Assembly: GCA_965226795.1 (NCBI GenBank)
Contig: CBDDDZ010000005.1
Coordinates: 2,496,001 to 2,560,000 of the forward strand
Reading direction: 5' to 3'
Length of the DNA: 64,000 nt
Origin: Candidatus Latescibacterota bacterium
GTDB taxonomy: Bacteria; Latescibacterota; UBA2968; GCA-2709665
The translations under genes and the position numbers were made by a program. The stretch's first letter is position 1, and every line of letters starts with the position of its first letter. The notes under the pieces were generated by a model. That model made no database searches and was not told the DNA's origin. It saw only the letters and a list, made by a program, of their open reading frames with translations. Below are positions 20,594 to 31,262 of the stretch, piece by piece.

Positions 20594-20624
20594 AAAACCC
20601 CGCCGGCGAAAGGCCAGCGGGGTT
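20594..20624 (-). terminator. Rho-independent terminator downstream of arsC
   Basis: Minus strand AACCCCGC-loop-GCGGGGTTTT; a second small hairpin lies at about 20633-20651. Confidence 0.6.
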
Positions 20625-20664
20625 GAATTCTGAAACCCGTCGCCGCGGGTTCCTTCAACGTCCG

Positions 20665-21015
20665 TCAGAGAATCTCGAGCACGTTTTCCGGGGGCCGACC
20701 CAGCCTGGCCTGGTTGCCTCTGATGACGATCGGCCGTTCGATCAGGACCGGATGCCTTGTCATCGCACGGATCAGCGCCGTTCGATCGTTCGTCTTTTCT
20801 TCGAGGCGAAGCTGGCTGTATTCATCTTCCTTCGTTCGGACCAGATCCGCAGGCCGGATACCCAGCATTTCCACAATACCGGAGAGTGTCTCCTCGTCGG
20901 GGGGCGTTTTCAGGTACTCGATAATTCTCGGCTCTATACCACGATCCTTCAAGAGCTCTAACGTCTGCCTGCTCTTGCTGCACGCCGGGTTATGGTAGAT
21001 CACAACTTCGCTCAC
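20665..21015 (-). CDS. arsC: Arsenate reductase (glutaredoxin-type) family
   Basis: IYHNPACSKSR, LIERPIV, RLGRPPE; AAGGAGG RBS. Confidence 0.88.
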   Translation of the reverse strand: MSEVVIYHNPACSKSRQTLELLKDRGIEPRIIEYLKTPPDEETLSGIVEMLGIRPADLVRTKEDEYSQLRLEEKTNDRTALIRAMTRHPVLIERPIVIRGNQARLGRPPENVLEIL

Positions 21016-21042
21016 GACGACCTCCTTCGTTTCACTGGTCTT

Positions 21043-22746
21043 TCAGGGAATCACCGGCAGGATCACCCGGGATGGACGGCACGCGTCGTGGAAAATCCTT
21101 TGATGCGCCGTCTGCAGAACCGTGTCGCGGTAATCGTCACCACCGGTATTGTGGTTCCGATCGAAATTCGGAAAATCGCTGCTGGAAATATCCAACCGAA
21201 TCCGGTGACCCTCCCTGAAGAGATTGCTGGTCGGATTCACCCGAATCGTGTATTCGTAGACCCTCCCGGGTTCAATCAATGACGGATTGTCAAAGGACTC
21301 GCGATACCGCGCACGTACAATTCCATGACACAACTCCTGAACAAATCCGTCCGGCCAGACATCCATCAGCCTGGCGACAAAATCCGTATCCCGAGCCGAT
21401 GAAGACGCAAAAAGACGCACTTCGACCGGTCCGGTCACTTCCATCGGGGTCCTCAGCGGAGACGTCGTATACACCATCACGTCGCGCCGACCGTCCAGTG
21501 CCCGCTGGTCAATGGGCGCGTGCTGTCCACCCGGGGTGTACAGGGTCATCACCGGATCCCTCGGATCGTAACCGTACGAATCCGGTTTTTCTTCTTCTGG
21601 CGCCTCCCGGGACAGCCATCCCGCACCAGCGGGCAGATCCGCGTGGCCCGAACTGTGCAGATAGAACGTCGTATATACTGTACGTTGCAGCGGCCACTCC
21701 CGCTCGCCGCGCCAGGTATTGGCCCCCATCACGAAGAGTTGCAGCGGGGCCCAGTCTACGGCCTCGCTCCGCTCCCCTTTCAGCCAGCGCGAGAACCACG
21801 CATCCGCGATATCGTAAAAGTCCCTCGTGGCTTCCGGGCCGAAGTCCACCTCACCCACGTGGCGGCCCAGATCCAGGAGCGTGTGGGTCCACGGCCCGAT
21901 TATCAGGTACTGATTCTGCCGGGCGCGTACACTCCCGCCGTTTTTCCGCATGCCCGTAAAATGCCTGAATATACCGATCTGCTGATCGTACCACCCCGCC
22001 GTACCCAGCACGGGTACACCCACCCGGCGGTGTTTCTCCCGGAAGCCGAAATGGTCCGTGGCATGGTCCGCGAGCCAGCGCCGCCAGTGCCTGCCCATTC
22101 CCGGCATGGCATCCTCCGGGATATCCATCAGCGGCAAATACCACAGCCATTTGCTGCGGTCCCTTTCCTGCCAGAGCCGGGATGCGTCCTCCTTGGCTTT
22201 CTCTTTCCACGAATGGCCAATCCGGTGCGCGGTATCCACCGAAAGATTGTTTATCGTCCAATCGATTACCCTGCCAAGGCGCAGCACCCCGCACAACTCC
22301 CTGTCCAGCAGATTTGCCGCGATCCCCCCCGCCAGCATCGCCACCAGATTGGGTGGTCGTGTATGGGCAAGTTCCCACTGCAGCCATCCGTCGTACGAGT
22401 TTCCGAACGTGCCCACCCTGCCGTCGGACCAGGGCAGGCCCGCGGCCCACCCCACCGTATCGTACCCGTCTTCAGAATCCCGGTGATCGGAACTATAGAA
22501 CCCCGGCTGAAAATCGCCATCCGACGCATACCGTCCACGCACGTCCTGTATCACCACGACATAACCGCGTTCAGCCAATTTCGGTCCGATCTCCAGTTGC
22601 TTCTCCGCTGCCTTGTCGTAGGGCGTGCGGCAAAGCAACACCGGAAACCGCCCCTGCGTGTCCGGCCGATATGCATCCGCTCGCAGCACCGTGCCATCCC
22701 GCATCACTGCCTGTAGATCCCTGTCCTTCACGGTTGGGTAAGACAT
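21043..22746 (-). CDS. CocE/NonD family serine hydrolase
   Basis: MRDGTVLRAD, RTPY, QDVRGRYASDG, GNSYDG, GWYD, GPWTH, SSSDFPNFDRN. Confidence 0.93.
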   Translation of the reverse strand: MSYPTVKDRDLQAVMRDGTVLRADAYRPDTQGRFPVLLCRTPYDKAAEKQLEIGPKLAERGYVVVIQDVRGRYASDGDFQPGFYSSDHRDSEDGYDTVGWAAGLPWSDGRVGTFGNSYDGWLQWELAHTRPPNLVAMLAGGIAANLLDRELCGVLRLGRVIDWTINNLSVDTAHRIGHSWKEKAKEDASRLWQERDRSKWLWYLPLMDIPEDAMPGMGRHWRRWLADHATDHFGFREKHRRVGVPVLGTAGWYDQQIGIFRHFTGMRKNGGSVRARQNQYLIIGPWTHTLLDLGRHVGEVDFGPEATRDFYDIADAWFSRWLKGERSEAVDWAPLQLFVMGANTWRGEREWPLQRTVYTTFYLHSSGHADLPAGAGWLSREAPEEEKPDSYGYDPRDPVMTLYTPGGQHAPIDQRALDGRRDVMVYTTSPLRTPMEVTGPVEVRLFASSSARDTDFVARLMDVWPDGFVQELCHGIVRARYRESFDNPSLIEPGRVYEYTIRVNPTSNLFREGHRIRLDISSSDFPNFDRNHNTGGDDYRDTVLQTAHQRIFHDACRPSRVILPVIP

Positions 22747-22818
22747 TCGCGTATTCCCGTTCTCCGTGTCCGCTAGCCTCGATGGAGGAAGCCGGAGGCG
22801 CCTTAATTCTGTCGAAAA

Positions 22819-24618
22819 TCAGGCCAGCGCCCAGACCAGCACGGTGGTGTCGGCGGATCCGGACAACATCCACCGCCCGTCCGGGCTTGCAATCACCGCG
22901 TGGACGGCCCCCTCGTGCCCCGCGAATTCGGCTGCGGGGCTGGCGGAATCCCGCTTCCAAACAACCACCCTGCCATCCTGCCCGGCCGAACATACCGCCC
23001 CGTCGGACAGACAAAGGACGTCTTCCACTGCGTCTCCATGCGCGAATGAACGCAACTCCCGCCCTTCCCGAAAATCCCACTCAACCATCCAGCCGTCCCG
23101 GCCCGCGGAGATCACGCGGCCATCCTGCGTACAGGCCACGGCCTGGACCCAACCCCGGTGCGCGGACGCCGTCACCTTCAACTCCCCCGTCGCCAGACGC
23201 CAGACCCTTACGGTGCCGTCCCGTCCGCCGCTCACGACATCTCGGCCGTCCGGCGAGACAGCCAGCGCCAGGACGCCGCCCAAATGCCCTTCAAGGGTCC
23301 GAATAGCCCGTCCAGCGGAGGCATCCCACACCCGGACCGATCCGTCGTCGGCCGCGCTCACGACTTCACCGGAACCCGCGAAGGCCACCGCCCTAACATA
23401 CCCGCGGTGCCCTTCGAATGTGTGGACGCGTTTTCCGGTCGCGCACTCGAGAACCCGGACGCCGCCATCCTTGCACCCCACGGCAACCCGGGCGCCGTCG
23501 GGAGAAACCGCCAGCGCGTGGACCTCGCCACCCGGACACTCGACCGTTCGCGTTGTCGTCCATCCGTGCGTCTCCCACCATCGGATGGTCTTGTCGGTTG
23601 ACCCGGAAATTGCCATGGATCCATCGGGCGTGACAGCAACGGCCTGCACGCCGGCCATGTGCCGTTCCCACTGCAAGCGGGGCCGCCCCGTTGCCAGGCT
23701 GGTCTCCGCAAGCAATGCATCGCTCCCATGAGAAAGCACCCATTCTCCATCGGGCGATACCCGGATTCGGTTCACATGGCTCTGATGGGGGTACCACCGC
23801 TGCACGACTGTGGCCGTTTTGCGGTCCCATAGCCGGATCGACCCGTCCCGCGACCCCGTCAATGCATGCCGGTTGTCCCGGGCATAGGACACGGAAGGTA
23901 CTGCGTGCCCCAGGTGCCCCGTAAAGGTCTCCAGACATTCGTAATCACGCAGGCGCCACTCGTTCGACTTGTGGCGCGTGCCCACCAGCAGCCGCTCCGT
24001 ATCCGCGGACAGGCACATATCGTAGCAGACGTAATCCTCCACGAAAACCTTCAGACGCGCGCCTGTCGTCAGGTCGTAGTGGTAGACACTGTGGCCGGGC
24101 TGGTGGGCCACCAGCGCCGTCCGTCCGGCCGGCCCGTACAGGCAGAGATTGAAGTGCTCGTCCGCATCCGAAATGGCAATACGCCGCCTGCCCGTCTCCC
24201 GGTCCCACTCCTCCAACGCGGACGTTCCCCCGTCCAGGGTCAGCACCCGGGTCTCGTCAGGTGAATAACACAATGAGACGAGCGTCGTCCGTCCCGTGTC
24301 AAGGCGGCCTACCTCGCGCGTGTTGTCGGTCAGGCTCCATTCTCTAAGCACACCCTCCTCATCGGCGAACAGCAACTTCGACACGTTGCGGTTCCAGGCT
24401 GCGGCCGTCAGCCGATGCCTGGACACACGGTGTTTTGCAATGCAGTTGCCCTTTAGCAGATCCCAGATGCAGAGGTATTCCCCCGAAAGCACGAACGTCT
24501 GCCGGCCGCTGGCGGAGTAGGCCATGTCGGTCACCGACCCCCGCATTCGCCGGGTTCCCAGACGCTGAACAGCGCCATCGGGCAATGGATCGCCGAGGTG
24601 GTCCTTTCGACTGTTCAT
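22819..24618 (-). CDS. WD40-repeat protein
   Basis: GDPLPDGAVQRLG leader and many GH...WD repeats. Start at ATG 24618 (ATGA overlap with the upstream gene). Confidence 0.9.
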   Translation of the reverse strand: MNSRKDHLGDPLPDGAVQRLGTRRMRGSVTDMAYSASGRQTFVLSGEYLCIWDLLKGNCIAKHRVSRHRLTAAAWNRNVSKLLFADEEGVLREWSLTDNTREVGRLDTGRTTLVSLCYSPDETRVLTLDGGTSALEEWDRETGRRRIAISDADEHFNLCLYGPAGRTALVAHQPGHSVYHYDLTTGARLKVFVEDYVCYDMCLSADTERLLVGTRHKSNEWRLRDYECLETFTGHLGHAVPSVSYARDNRHALTGSRDGSIRLWDRKTATVVQRWYPHQSHVNRIRVSPDGEWVLSHGSDALLAETSLATGRPRLQWERHMAGVQAVAVTPDGSMAISGSTDKTIRWWETHGWTTTRTVECPGGEVHALAVSPDGARVAVGCKDGGVRVLECATGKRVHTFEGHRGYVRAVAFAGSGEVVSAADDGSVRVWDASAGRAIRTLEGHLGGVLALAVSPDGRDVVSGGRDGTVRVWRLATGELKVTASAHRGWVQAVACTQDGRVISAGRDGWMVEWDFREGRELRSFAHGDAVEDVLCLSDGAVCSAGQDGRVVVWKRDSASPAAEFAGHEGAVHAVIASPDGRWMLSGSADTTVLVWALA

Positions 24619-25649
24619 GTCCCTACCCTCTGATTCGCGACCAGCCGGCCGTCGGGCCCCAGGAGGTTTCGGAACACCCGTGTATTTCCCCCGGCTCGCG
24701 CCACGTTGTCGGGCAGCGCGCTGAGACATCGGTTGTGGTGAATGCGGGCATCCTGACTGGGCACGCCCCGGATCACCACGCTGCGCACGTCCTGCGCTAT
24801 AAACGTATTGTGATGAATATCCATCCAGTCGCCGGAGATAACGGTTGCGTCTCCCCGATCCTGCCCGCCGTGCATGTCGAAAAGGTGGCCGTTGGCGTGT
24901 TCCAGGCAGATATTGTAACGCGCTTCGTAGGCGGAACCGGGTGATCCGCTGGATGCGATGTGGTGCCTGCACCAGTCAAACAGATTCGCCTCAATCAGCA
25001 CATCGGCGCCGTTGATGCTGACGCCGTACCCCAGGCCGCCTTTCTGATTGTGGTGGATGAAGTTGTGGTGCACGTATCCTCTGCACGCACCCGCGTCGAA
25101 CCGGGTCGCCGCCACGCTGAAACCGCTGATTTCGCAATTGTCGATCTCCAGCGCGAAGTGGGACGTGATGATGCCGTATGATGAATGCGCCGCCCGATCC
25201 CGGTGGGGGTAGGGGCCACGAATACGCAACCCCGTTACACGGACGCGGTCCCCCGCCGTTTTGACAAGAAACGGCGTATCCAGCGCGTTGGAATAAATCA
25301 TGCCTCCTGCAGAACCGCCTGCGCCCCGGTCTCCGGCCAACGTTACCGCTTCCGGAATCTCCAGACCCTGCCGGCCGCCCGTATCGATCTCGGCATCTCC
25401 CGGTACGAATACCACGTCGCCCGCCACCGCACCTTCCAGCGCCAGCGCCAGTTCCTGGTAACTGCGGACGGAACGGTCGCCGGTCTTGAATCCGTCCGTG
25501 TAGCCTTCGCCGCCGCCGATCGGATTTCCCGTGGGATTGTGTTCGGCGCCAAATGTCTCCGCGCCACACTCCAGATTCGCCTCGCTCGCCCATCGCGCCG
25601 TGCGCGCCGTGAAGATCCCGCCGCCCGACGTTCTCGCGATCCAAACCAC
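24615..25649 (-). CDS. Right-handed parallel beta-helix protein
   Basis: NPTGNPIGGGEGY, VTGLRIRG, IDNCEISG, HHNFIHHN, EANLFD. GGAGGTG RBS before GTG 25649. Confidence 0.75.
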   Translation of the reverse strand: MVWIARTSGGGIFTARTARWASEANLECGAETFGAEHNPTGNPIGGGEGYTDGFKTGDRSVRSYQELALALEGAVAGDVVFVPGDAEIDTGGRQGLEIPEAVTLAGDRGAGGSAGGMIYSNALDTPFLVKTAGDRVRVTGLRIRGPYPHRDRAAHSSYGIITSHFALEIDNCEISGFSVAATRFDAGACRGYVHHNFIHHNQKGGLGYGVSINGADVLIEANLFDWCRHHIASSGSPGSAYEARYNICLEHANGHLFDMHGGQDRGDATVISGDWMDIHHNTFIAQDVRSVVIRGVPSQDARIHHNRCLSALPDNVARAGGNTRVFRNLLGPDGRLVANQRVGT

Positions 25650-25684
25650 AAAAACACCTCCAATCTTCAACTCCGGCCAGCCAT

Positions 25685-26866
25685 CTAATCCTCCACGCCA
25701 CAATAGTTCATCGCCATGAGCGCATAGACTTTCGCGGCCGCCTCGATACGCGCCACCGACACCCACTCGTTATCGGAATGGGCCGTCTCATTCGACGGAC
25801 CGTAGTAGAACGTGGGGACCCCTGTCTCGTTCATATAGATGTTGGCATCGCCGACCAGCCGTCTTCCCACGTAGTCGACGTCCTCCCCAACCACATCCCG
25901 GTGGGCTGCGGCCACCGCCCGAACGGCCGGATCGTCCCGTGGTGTCTCGAACGGCTCCCGCTGGAGCGCCATGTCGACGGTAAGCTTCAATTCTCCGGCC
26001 CTGGCATACGGCTCGGCCAGCGATTCCAGTTCAATCAGGACCGAAGACATCGTCTTTCCTGGCAGCCACCGCCGCGTCCCCGTAAGCACGCAGCGGCCCG
26101 GCGTCCGGTTGAAGTAGTCGCCCGCGTGTACGATGCCCAGATCGATCCGCTCAGGCCCGGCCAGCGGATGTACGTCTCCGGCATCCAGTTCCCGCTGCCG
26201 ATCCGTTATTCTCCGGATCAGGTCTCCCACATGGCGGATGGGGTTTTCAGGGAACGGCACGTAATTGGTATGGGTGCCGCCCCTTTCGGAAGTCAACGTG
26301 ATTGTAAACACCATCGACCCCATACTCATCACCCAGAGTTCGTCTCCACCCTCCACGATGAGAATGCGGTCGCATTTGATCCGTCCGCTATTCACGTCCG
26401 CCACGAGCGCCAGAGGGCCGTCTTTCTCCGCTTCCGGCTCCTCGTGGCCGACCACGCCGCTGACCAGAAGGTTGCCTTTGAGACGAACTCCGGACTCCCG
26501 CAACGCCTTTGCCGCACCCAGCATGGCGGCTACGCCACCCTTCATATCCGTTGAACCCCGCCCATAGATGCGGTCGCCCTCCCGCCGCACCGGGGTGCAG
26601 TCGCCGATGGGAATCGTATCCAGATGTCCATTCAGCAGCAGCGCCGGTCCGTCGTTTACGCCCCGGATCCCGGCGTAGAAATTCCGCCGTCCCGGCGTCA
26701 CTTCGTGTGTGTCCACGGCGAGCCCCAAACCGGCCAACTGCGCCTCGAAACAGGCGCAGACTTCCGCTTCCTCACCCGTCACGCTGGGAATTTCGACCAG
26801 TTTGAGGGCCTGCTCGGCCATCCACTGCCCGTCAATTGCATTCAGAACCGCCTCTCTGGCACCCAT
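25685..26866 (-). CDS. M20 family metallo-hydrolase (ArgE/DapE-like)
   Basis: LNGHLDT, GRGSTDMKGG, GHEE, AHSDNEWV. Confidence 0.9.
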   Translation of the reverse strand: MGAREAVLNAIDGQWMAEQALKLVEIPSVTGEEAEVCACFEAQLAGLGLAVDTHEVTPGRRNFYAGIRGVNDGPALLLNGHLDTIPIGDCTPVRREGDRIYGRGSTDMKGGVAAMLGAAKALRESGVRLKGNLLVSGVVGHEEPEAEKDGPLALVADVNSGRIKCDRILIVEGGDELWVMSMGSMVFTITLTSERGGTHTNYVPFPENPIRHVGDLIRRITDRQRELDAGDVHPLAGPERIDLGIVHAGDYFNRTPGRCVLTGTRRWLPGKTMSSVLIELESLAEPYARAGELKLTVDMALQREPFETPRDDPAVRAVAAAHRDVVGEDVDYVGRRLVGDANIYMNETGVPTFYYGPSNETAHSDNEWVSVARIEAAAKVYALMAMNYCGVED

Positions 26867-26867
26867 T

Positions 26868-27599
26868 TCAGACCTCGCCGCACGCACGGACGAACGCGTC
26901 CGACGTGGAAGTATACCCGACATTGGCTTCGATGAATCGAATCCCGAAAAAATTCGACCAACCTTCCACCTCGGTTTCCGGGTATTCTGTGGTACTACAG
27001 CAATCCCGCAGCACGATAACGCGGTAATTCCGGTACATCGCCTCGGTTACCGTGGTCCCCAGGCAAATCCGCGTGTCGAACCCGACCGTTACCAGGTTGT
27101 AAATCCCCAGGCTGCGCAGCTGCGAGTCGAGGTGTGTCTCAAAGAACGCGCTGTACATCTGTTTTTTTACCAGGTAATCATCGGCATCCGGAGCGATCAC
27201 GCTGGAAAACGCGAGGATATCGTTGGGGTCCGGCCAAGTCGCCAGCACGTCCACACCGCATGTCCGGATTGACATATTGCGCCACTCCGTCCGTTCATTG
27301 GTTGAGGGCGCCAGATAGTTCGTCACGTAAACGACGGGCAGTCCGAGGCGTTTGGCCGCGTCTTTGGCCGGCCGGATGTGTTTTACCACAATCTCCCGGT
27401 TTTTTTCCACGGCAGCGCGATACAACTCCGGTACATCCCCCGGATCGTGGTCGGGGTCGAATCCCTTTCCGTAGACATCCACGAGAAGAAACGCCGTATT
27501 GTCCATGCCCAGCGCCAGCTCTTCCTCCGCGTGCCCCAGATGCCGGCCGGGCGGATGCTGCCGGTAATACCTGCCTCTCAATCGTATCTTTTTTGACAT
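26868..27599 (-). CDS. Isochorismatase-like cysteine hydrolase
   Basis: TAFLLVD, KKQMYSAFFET, GFDTRIC, VIVLRDC. Confidence 0.88.
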   Translation of the reverse strand: MSKKIRLRGRYYRQHPPGRHLGHAEEELALGMDNTAFLLVDVYGKGFDPDHDPGDVPELYRAAVEKNREIVVKHIRPAKDAAKRLGLPVVYVTNYLAPSTNERTEWRNMSIRTCGVDVLATWPDPNDILAFSSVIAPDADDYLVKKQMYSAFFETHLDSQLRSLGIYNLVTVGFDTRICLGTTVTEAMYRNYRVIVLRDCCSTTEYPETEVEGWSNFFGIRFIEANVGYTSTSDAFVRACGEV

Positions 27600-27614
27600 C
27601 GACGCCTCCTGCGG

Positions 27615-28598
27615 TCAGCGCGTGCTCACCATTACCGGCGTTTTGCGCTCCAGCGACCTGTAGGCGGCCTCGGAAAGCCGGGCAACCTGCAGGGCAAAGT
27701 CGGGGGCTTCGTACCCCTTTCCGCCATTCCGGATCCAATCGAAAAACGCCGCATCCGGAGATGTCTCAACAATCCGTTCGGGAATTTCCATTGGCCTGTC
27801 GTTCACCAGTACCGCCTTTACCTGCCACTTGTAGAGATGAAAGACGATACATCCTTCACCGCCGTGAATGGCGATGCGCTCATCGTGATCCCTGGCATTG
27901 CCGAACGTGCTGATCGTACCCACAGCCCCGCCTTCAAACCGGACATTCAGCACGGCGTTGATATCCACGTCCATGTGATCGTAATCCATAAACGCAGAGA
28001 CTTCCACCGGCGCCAGCCCGGTAATCCATAACGTGGATGCGACCAGGTGGCTGCCGGTATCCATAAACATACCGCCGCCGGAAAGCTCGGGATCCAGGCG
28101 CCAGCCCTTCACTCCTCCCCAATTCTGCGTCACGTAGGACACCACACCGCGCAACTCTCCGATATACCCTTCCCGCACCAGTTCCCTGGCGTACACGTGC
28201 GGCGCGAAGTAATTCCGCTGGTAGCTCACCTGCAAGAACCGCTTCTTCTGCGCCGCCAGGTCGATTAACGCCCGCGTATGCCCTGGAAACACCGTCAGCG
28301 GCTTCTCCACCAGCACGTGCAGGCCCGCTTCGAGCCCGAGCCGCGCCTGCTCGTAGTGCATCGAATGCGGTGAACTGATAAAGATCGCGTCGAGCGCCTC
28401 CTGTTGAATCATGCGGCGATAATCCTCGTAACAGGCGACCTCTCCGCCGTATCGATCCATCAACAAACGGGCCTGCTCCTTCACCGTATCCGCCACGCAA
28501 ACCAGCTTCACATCCTTCTCTGCCTGAATGCGCGGCACGTGCGCGCCCCGCATATTGCCACCGCAACCGATCAGACCCAGACGAATCTCTTCAGCCAT
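27615..28598 (-). CDS. Gfo/Idh/MocA oxidoreductase
   Basis: LGLIGCGG, HVLVEKP, GGGMFMDTGSH. Confidence 0.92.
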   Translation of the reverse strand: MAEEIRLGLIGCGGNMRGAHVPRIQAEKDVKLVCVADTVKEQARLLMDRYGGEVACYEDYRRMIQQEALDAIFISSPHSMHYEQARLGLEAGLHVLVEKPLTVFPGHTRALIDLAAQKKRFLQVSYQRNYFAPHVYARELVREGYIGELRGVVSYVTQNWGGVKGWRLDPELSGGGMFMDTGSHLVASTLWITGLAPVEVSAFMDYDHMDVDINAVLNVRFEGGAVGTISTFGNARDHDERIAIHGGEGCIVFHLYKWQVKAVLVNDRPMEIPERIVETSPDAAFFDWIRNGGKGYEAPDFALQVARLSEAAYRSLERKTPVMVSTR

Positions 28599-29460
28599 TC
28601 CTCCCTCCTTGGTGTCGTTGGTTATCGCCGCCGGACACGCCTAAACAAGATCCGACGTACTCCAGGTTCCTCAGACTGTTTGCCGCCAACCCGGTGAACG
28701 CCGTGTCGGCCACCTCGAACGCATCCGGGCTGATGTCCAGATGTGTCTCTACCACCACGAAGCCCCTGTACCCGTCGGCACAAAGGGCGTCCAACTGCCC
28801 TGGCCAGTCCACGAGCCCCTCCTCCGCCAACGACCAGGCGCCCGTGTCCAGGTCGAAATTCTTCACGTGCACGTGGGTTACCAGATCTTTCAGATCCTCG
28901 TATTCCCCCGGAAAGGGGGATGGCGTACCCGCCCGGGCGGAATTGCCGGGATCCCAGCAAAGCGATAGACGGTCCACACCCACCTGGCGGACAAGCAGAG
29001 CCGCCTCGGCGCCGGTTGCCCCCCAGCAAACCGCCTCGTTTTCCAGCGCCAGACGACACCCCTCCCGCGCCGCAACGTCCGCCATCTGTCCGAGCCGGTC
29101 CACAACCGCTGCCGGAGGATGCGGCGCCTCCGTCCGCTGAAAGGCGAAACAGGACACCCGATCGGTACCCAATTTTCGCGCCCATGCGCACGCACGTGGA
29201 AGCGACTGCCGCAGGCGTTCGTCGACCCGGGGATCATCCAGCGGCCCCTTGAAAAAACCCGGTGAAACCCCTGAAACACCCAATCCCGCATCGCGGACCC
29301 GCGCGTGAAAGGCGGCCAACTCATTGTCGCTTACGGCAGGAAACCTGCCACCCGCAAGCTGGCGCACCTCCACGTGCGAAACACCCCAGGCCGCGGCAAG
29401 GGATATCGCGCGAGCCGGATCGCGCCGGTCGATTTCATCCGCAAAAACCGAGATTTTCAC
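28591..29460 (-). CDS. Sugar phosphate isomerase/epimerase (xylose isomerase-like TIM barrel)
   Basis: SVFADEI, LALENE, WDPGN, HVHVKN, VETH. Confidence 0.85.
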   Translation of the reverse strand: MKISVFADEIDRRDPARAISLAAAWGVSHVEVRQLAGGRFPAVSDNELAAFHARVRDAGLGVSGVSPGFFKGPLDDPRVDERLRQSLPRACAWARKLGTDRVSCFAFQRTEAPHPPAAVVDRLGQMADVAAREGCRLALENEAVCWGATGAEAALLVRQVGVDRLSLCWDPGNSARAGTPSPFPGEYEDLKDLVTHVHVKNFDLDTGAWSLAEEGLVDWPGQLDALCADGYRGFVVVETHLDISPDAFEVADTAFTGLAANSLRNLEYVGSCLGVSGGDNQRHQGGRNG

Positions 29461-29523
29461 TTTCCGCTCCTTTCTAACTTAACGCACCGATTCTATCAGA
29501 TATCTGTGTTGACTTCCGGAATC

Positions 29524-30306
29524 TTACGATTTCGCGGAACGCAGCCCGTCGATCATCTCTGCCGATGTGATCGAGTACTTTCCGAACATCTCCAGAAACA
29601 GAATCGCACCCCGGGTCTGCCACAACCCATCCCGGGTTTCGAACGACTCCATGCCCGTCCCGCAGTCCCGCAGGATGATGACCTCGTATCCACGTTTACT
29701 CATTTCGACCGTGCCATAATCCCGCAGCAATATACACGCGTTGGTGTTGAACCCCAGAAAGAACAGAAACAGGATCCCCTCGCGTTTACAATACCTGTGC
29801 AGTTCCTCCCCGTTGTAGATGACCCCTTCTCCCTTCTCCACCTGCACCAGCGGATGCAACCTTCGCCTGGATCGCATTTCGATCAGCTCCGGCTCTCTCG
29901 GCTCCTCCGGCCTCGCATAGGCGGCATAAGCCCCCGTCCTGGACCTGAACTCACGCGGCGGCCACGTTTCGCCTCTTCCACTCGACGGCGGCGCGGGGTC
30001 GATCAACCGAACCCACGCCGGATGGTGTTCAGCCAGACCCGGCGCGGGTGCATGGATCAGCCGAAATCCGGCCTTGCGGCATGCCGCAAGCAGAGGCACG
30101 ATACGCCCTTCGACAATCGCATCCGTCCGCTCTGCCGTCTCCTTAAGGTAGTGTCCGTCCCACACGTCCACCAGCACGAGCGCGGCTCGCGACAGCGGAA
30201 CGCGCCAATCCAGATAGGCGTAATCCGTGTTCTTCTCCTCCCAGGACACGCCAGGGTCCACGTGCCACCGGTAATGCCTGGGCCTGATATGCAGTTCCTT
30301 ATCCAT
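29524..30306 (-). CDS. Isochorismatase-like cysteine hydrolase (divergent)
   Basis: AALVLVDVW, IHAP, GFNTNAC, ILRDC. Start placed at ATG 30306. Confidence 0.78.
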   Translation of the reverse strand: MDKELHIRPRHYRWHVDPGVSWEEKNTDYAYLDWRVPLSRAALVLVDVWDGHYLKETAERTDAIVEGRIVPLLAACRKAGFRLIHAPAPGLAEHHPAWVRLIDPAPPSSGRGETWPPREFRSRTGAYAAYARPEEPREPELIEMRSRRRLHPLVQVEKGEGVIYNGEELHRYCKREGILFLFFLGFNTNACILLRDYGTVEMSKRGYEVIILRDCGTGMESFETRDGLWQTRGAILFLEMFGKYSITSAEMIDGLRSAKS

Positions 30307-30387
30307 AGTTGCTCCACGGTTTAAGGACACCGGAAAATGGGACCACTCTCCTATCGCGTCGAAGTCCCACGAGTCCACCCTCTGAAG

Positions 30388-31192
30388 TTACGAGTCCGCA
30401 GTCAGTGTCTGTACGTCTTTCCCGTCCAGACCGGCAACCACCGGAAACGTCATCTCTGAAGGACCCTTTTCGCCCGGCACATAACGAACCGAAGGCGGGA
30501 AATAGGCATAGAGCGCGGTGTGGCGCGGGTGCGGAGACGGATTCGGGCCGGACCCGTGAACCGTCAATGAGTGAAACAGTACGGCATCGCCCGCGGCCAG
30601 GGGTACGTCGATTCTATCGGAAAGATCCACGTCGTCCCGCTCCGTTAGCGCCTCGTCCTGGCGACGGGCGATACGTCCCCAGGACTGCAACCCTCCACGT
30701 GTGGCTTCCGGGCAGCACCTGGATACAGCCGTTTTCGGGGCTTGAATCGGTTAATGCGATGCTTACCGTTACCAGCGTCGGGGGCTGCATCGGCCAGTAT
30801 GCCGAATCCTGGTGCAACCCGTGCGACGACCCGTGGTAGGCCGGCTTCAGCATCAGCGTGCTGCGAAACAGGAGCAAATCCGGGCCAAGAAGCGACCCGC
30901 AGAGCCGAATGAGCCCGGGATGCGCGGCCAGATTCCTGAAGACCTCGGAAAAGTCTCGCGTTTGCTCAATCTTGCGTAATACCGGCAGTCCTTTCCGGGT
31001 CGCGTTTCCTGCAAAGGGCTCGAGTTGAAAGCGGCCTGCCGAGGGATCGCCCCGGTCATCCAGTTCGACCGCCAGCCGATGCAGCCGTTCGATCTCCCGC
31101 TCGCACGCGGCCACCTCTTCGGCGGAAAGCAACGCCCTCACCACGAGATATCCATCTTCCTCGAATCGAGTTATTTGAGCATCCAGTTTCAT
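30388..31192 (-). pseudogene. PhyH-family Fe(II)/2-oxoglutarate dioxygenase with a +1 frameshift
   Basis: N-part has HQDSAYW and LPGSH; C-part has AGDAVLFHSLTVHGS. Removing one base at 30694 (TGG-A-GGG-TTG) fuses them. Confidence 0.85.
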
Positions 31193-31233
31193 CGTTACCC
31201 TTCTGAAATGACAATTCCCTCCGCATCAACAAA

Positions 31234-31262
31234 ACCGTACAAAACAAAGCCGCCTCTGTCAA
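31234..31262 (-). promoter_or_regulatory. Putative sigma70 promoter of the PhyH-led operon
   Basis: Minus strand TTGACA-17 nt-TACGGT. Confidence 0.5.

Noticed and set aside
20665..21015. Arsenic-resistance operon
   Set aside because: Lone arsC-family gene with no arsR, arsB or acr3 nearby.
24619..24972. N-terminal extension of the WD40 ORF (also upstream extensions of ORFs 4548, 6746, 9943, 11618, 37002)
   Set aside because: They overlap neighbouring genes or repeats; downstream starts with RBS or ATGA coupling fit better.
30680..30700. Programmed frameshift in the PhyH gene
   Set aside because: No slippery heptamer or stimulatory structure; neighbouring genes are also disrupted.
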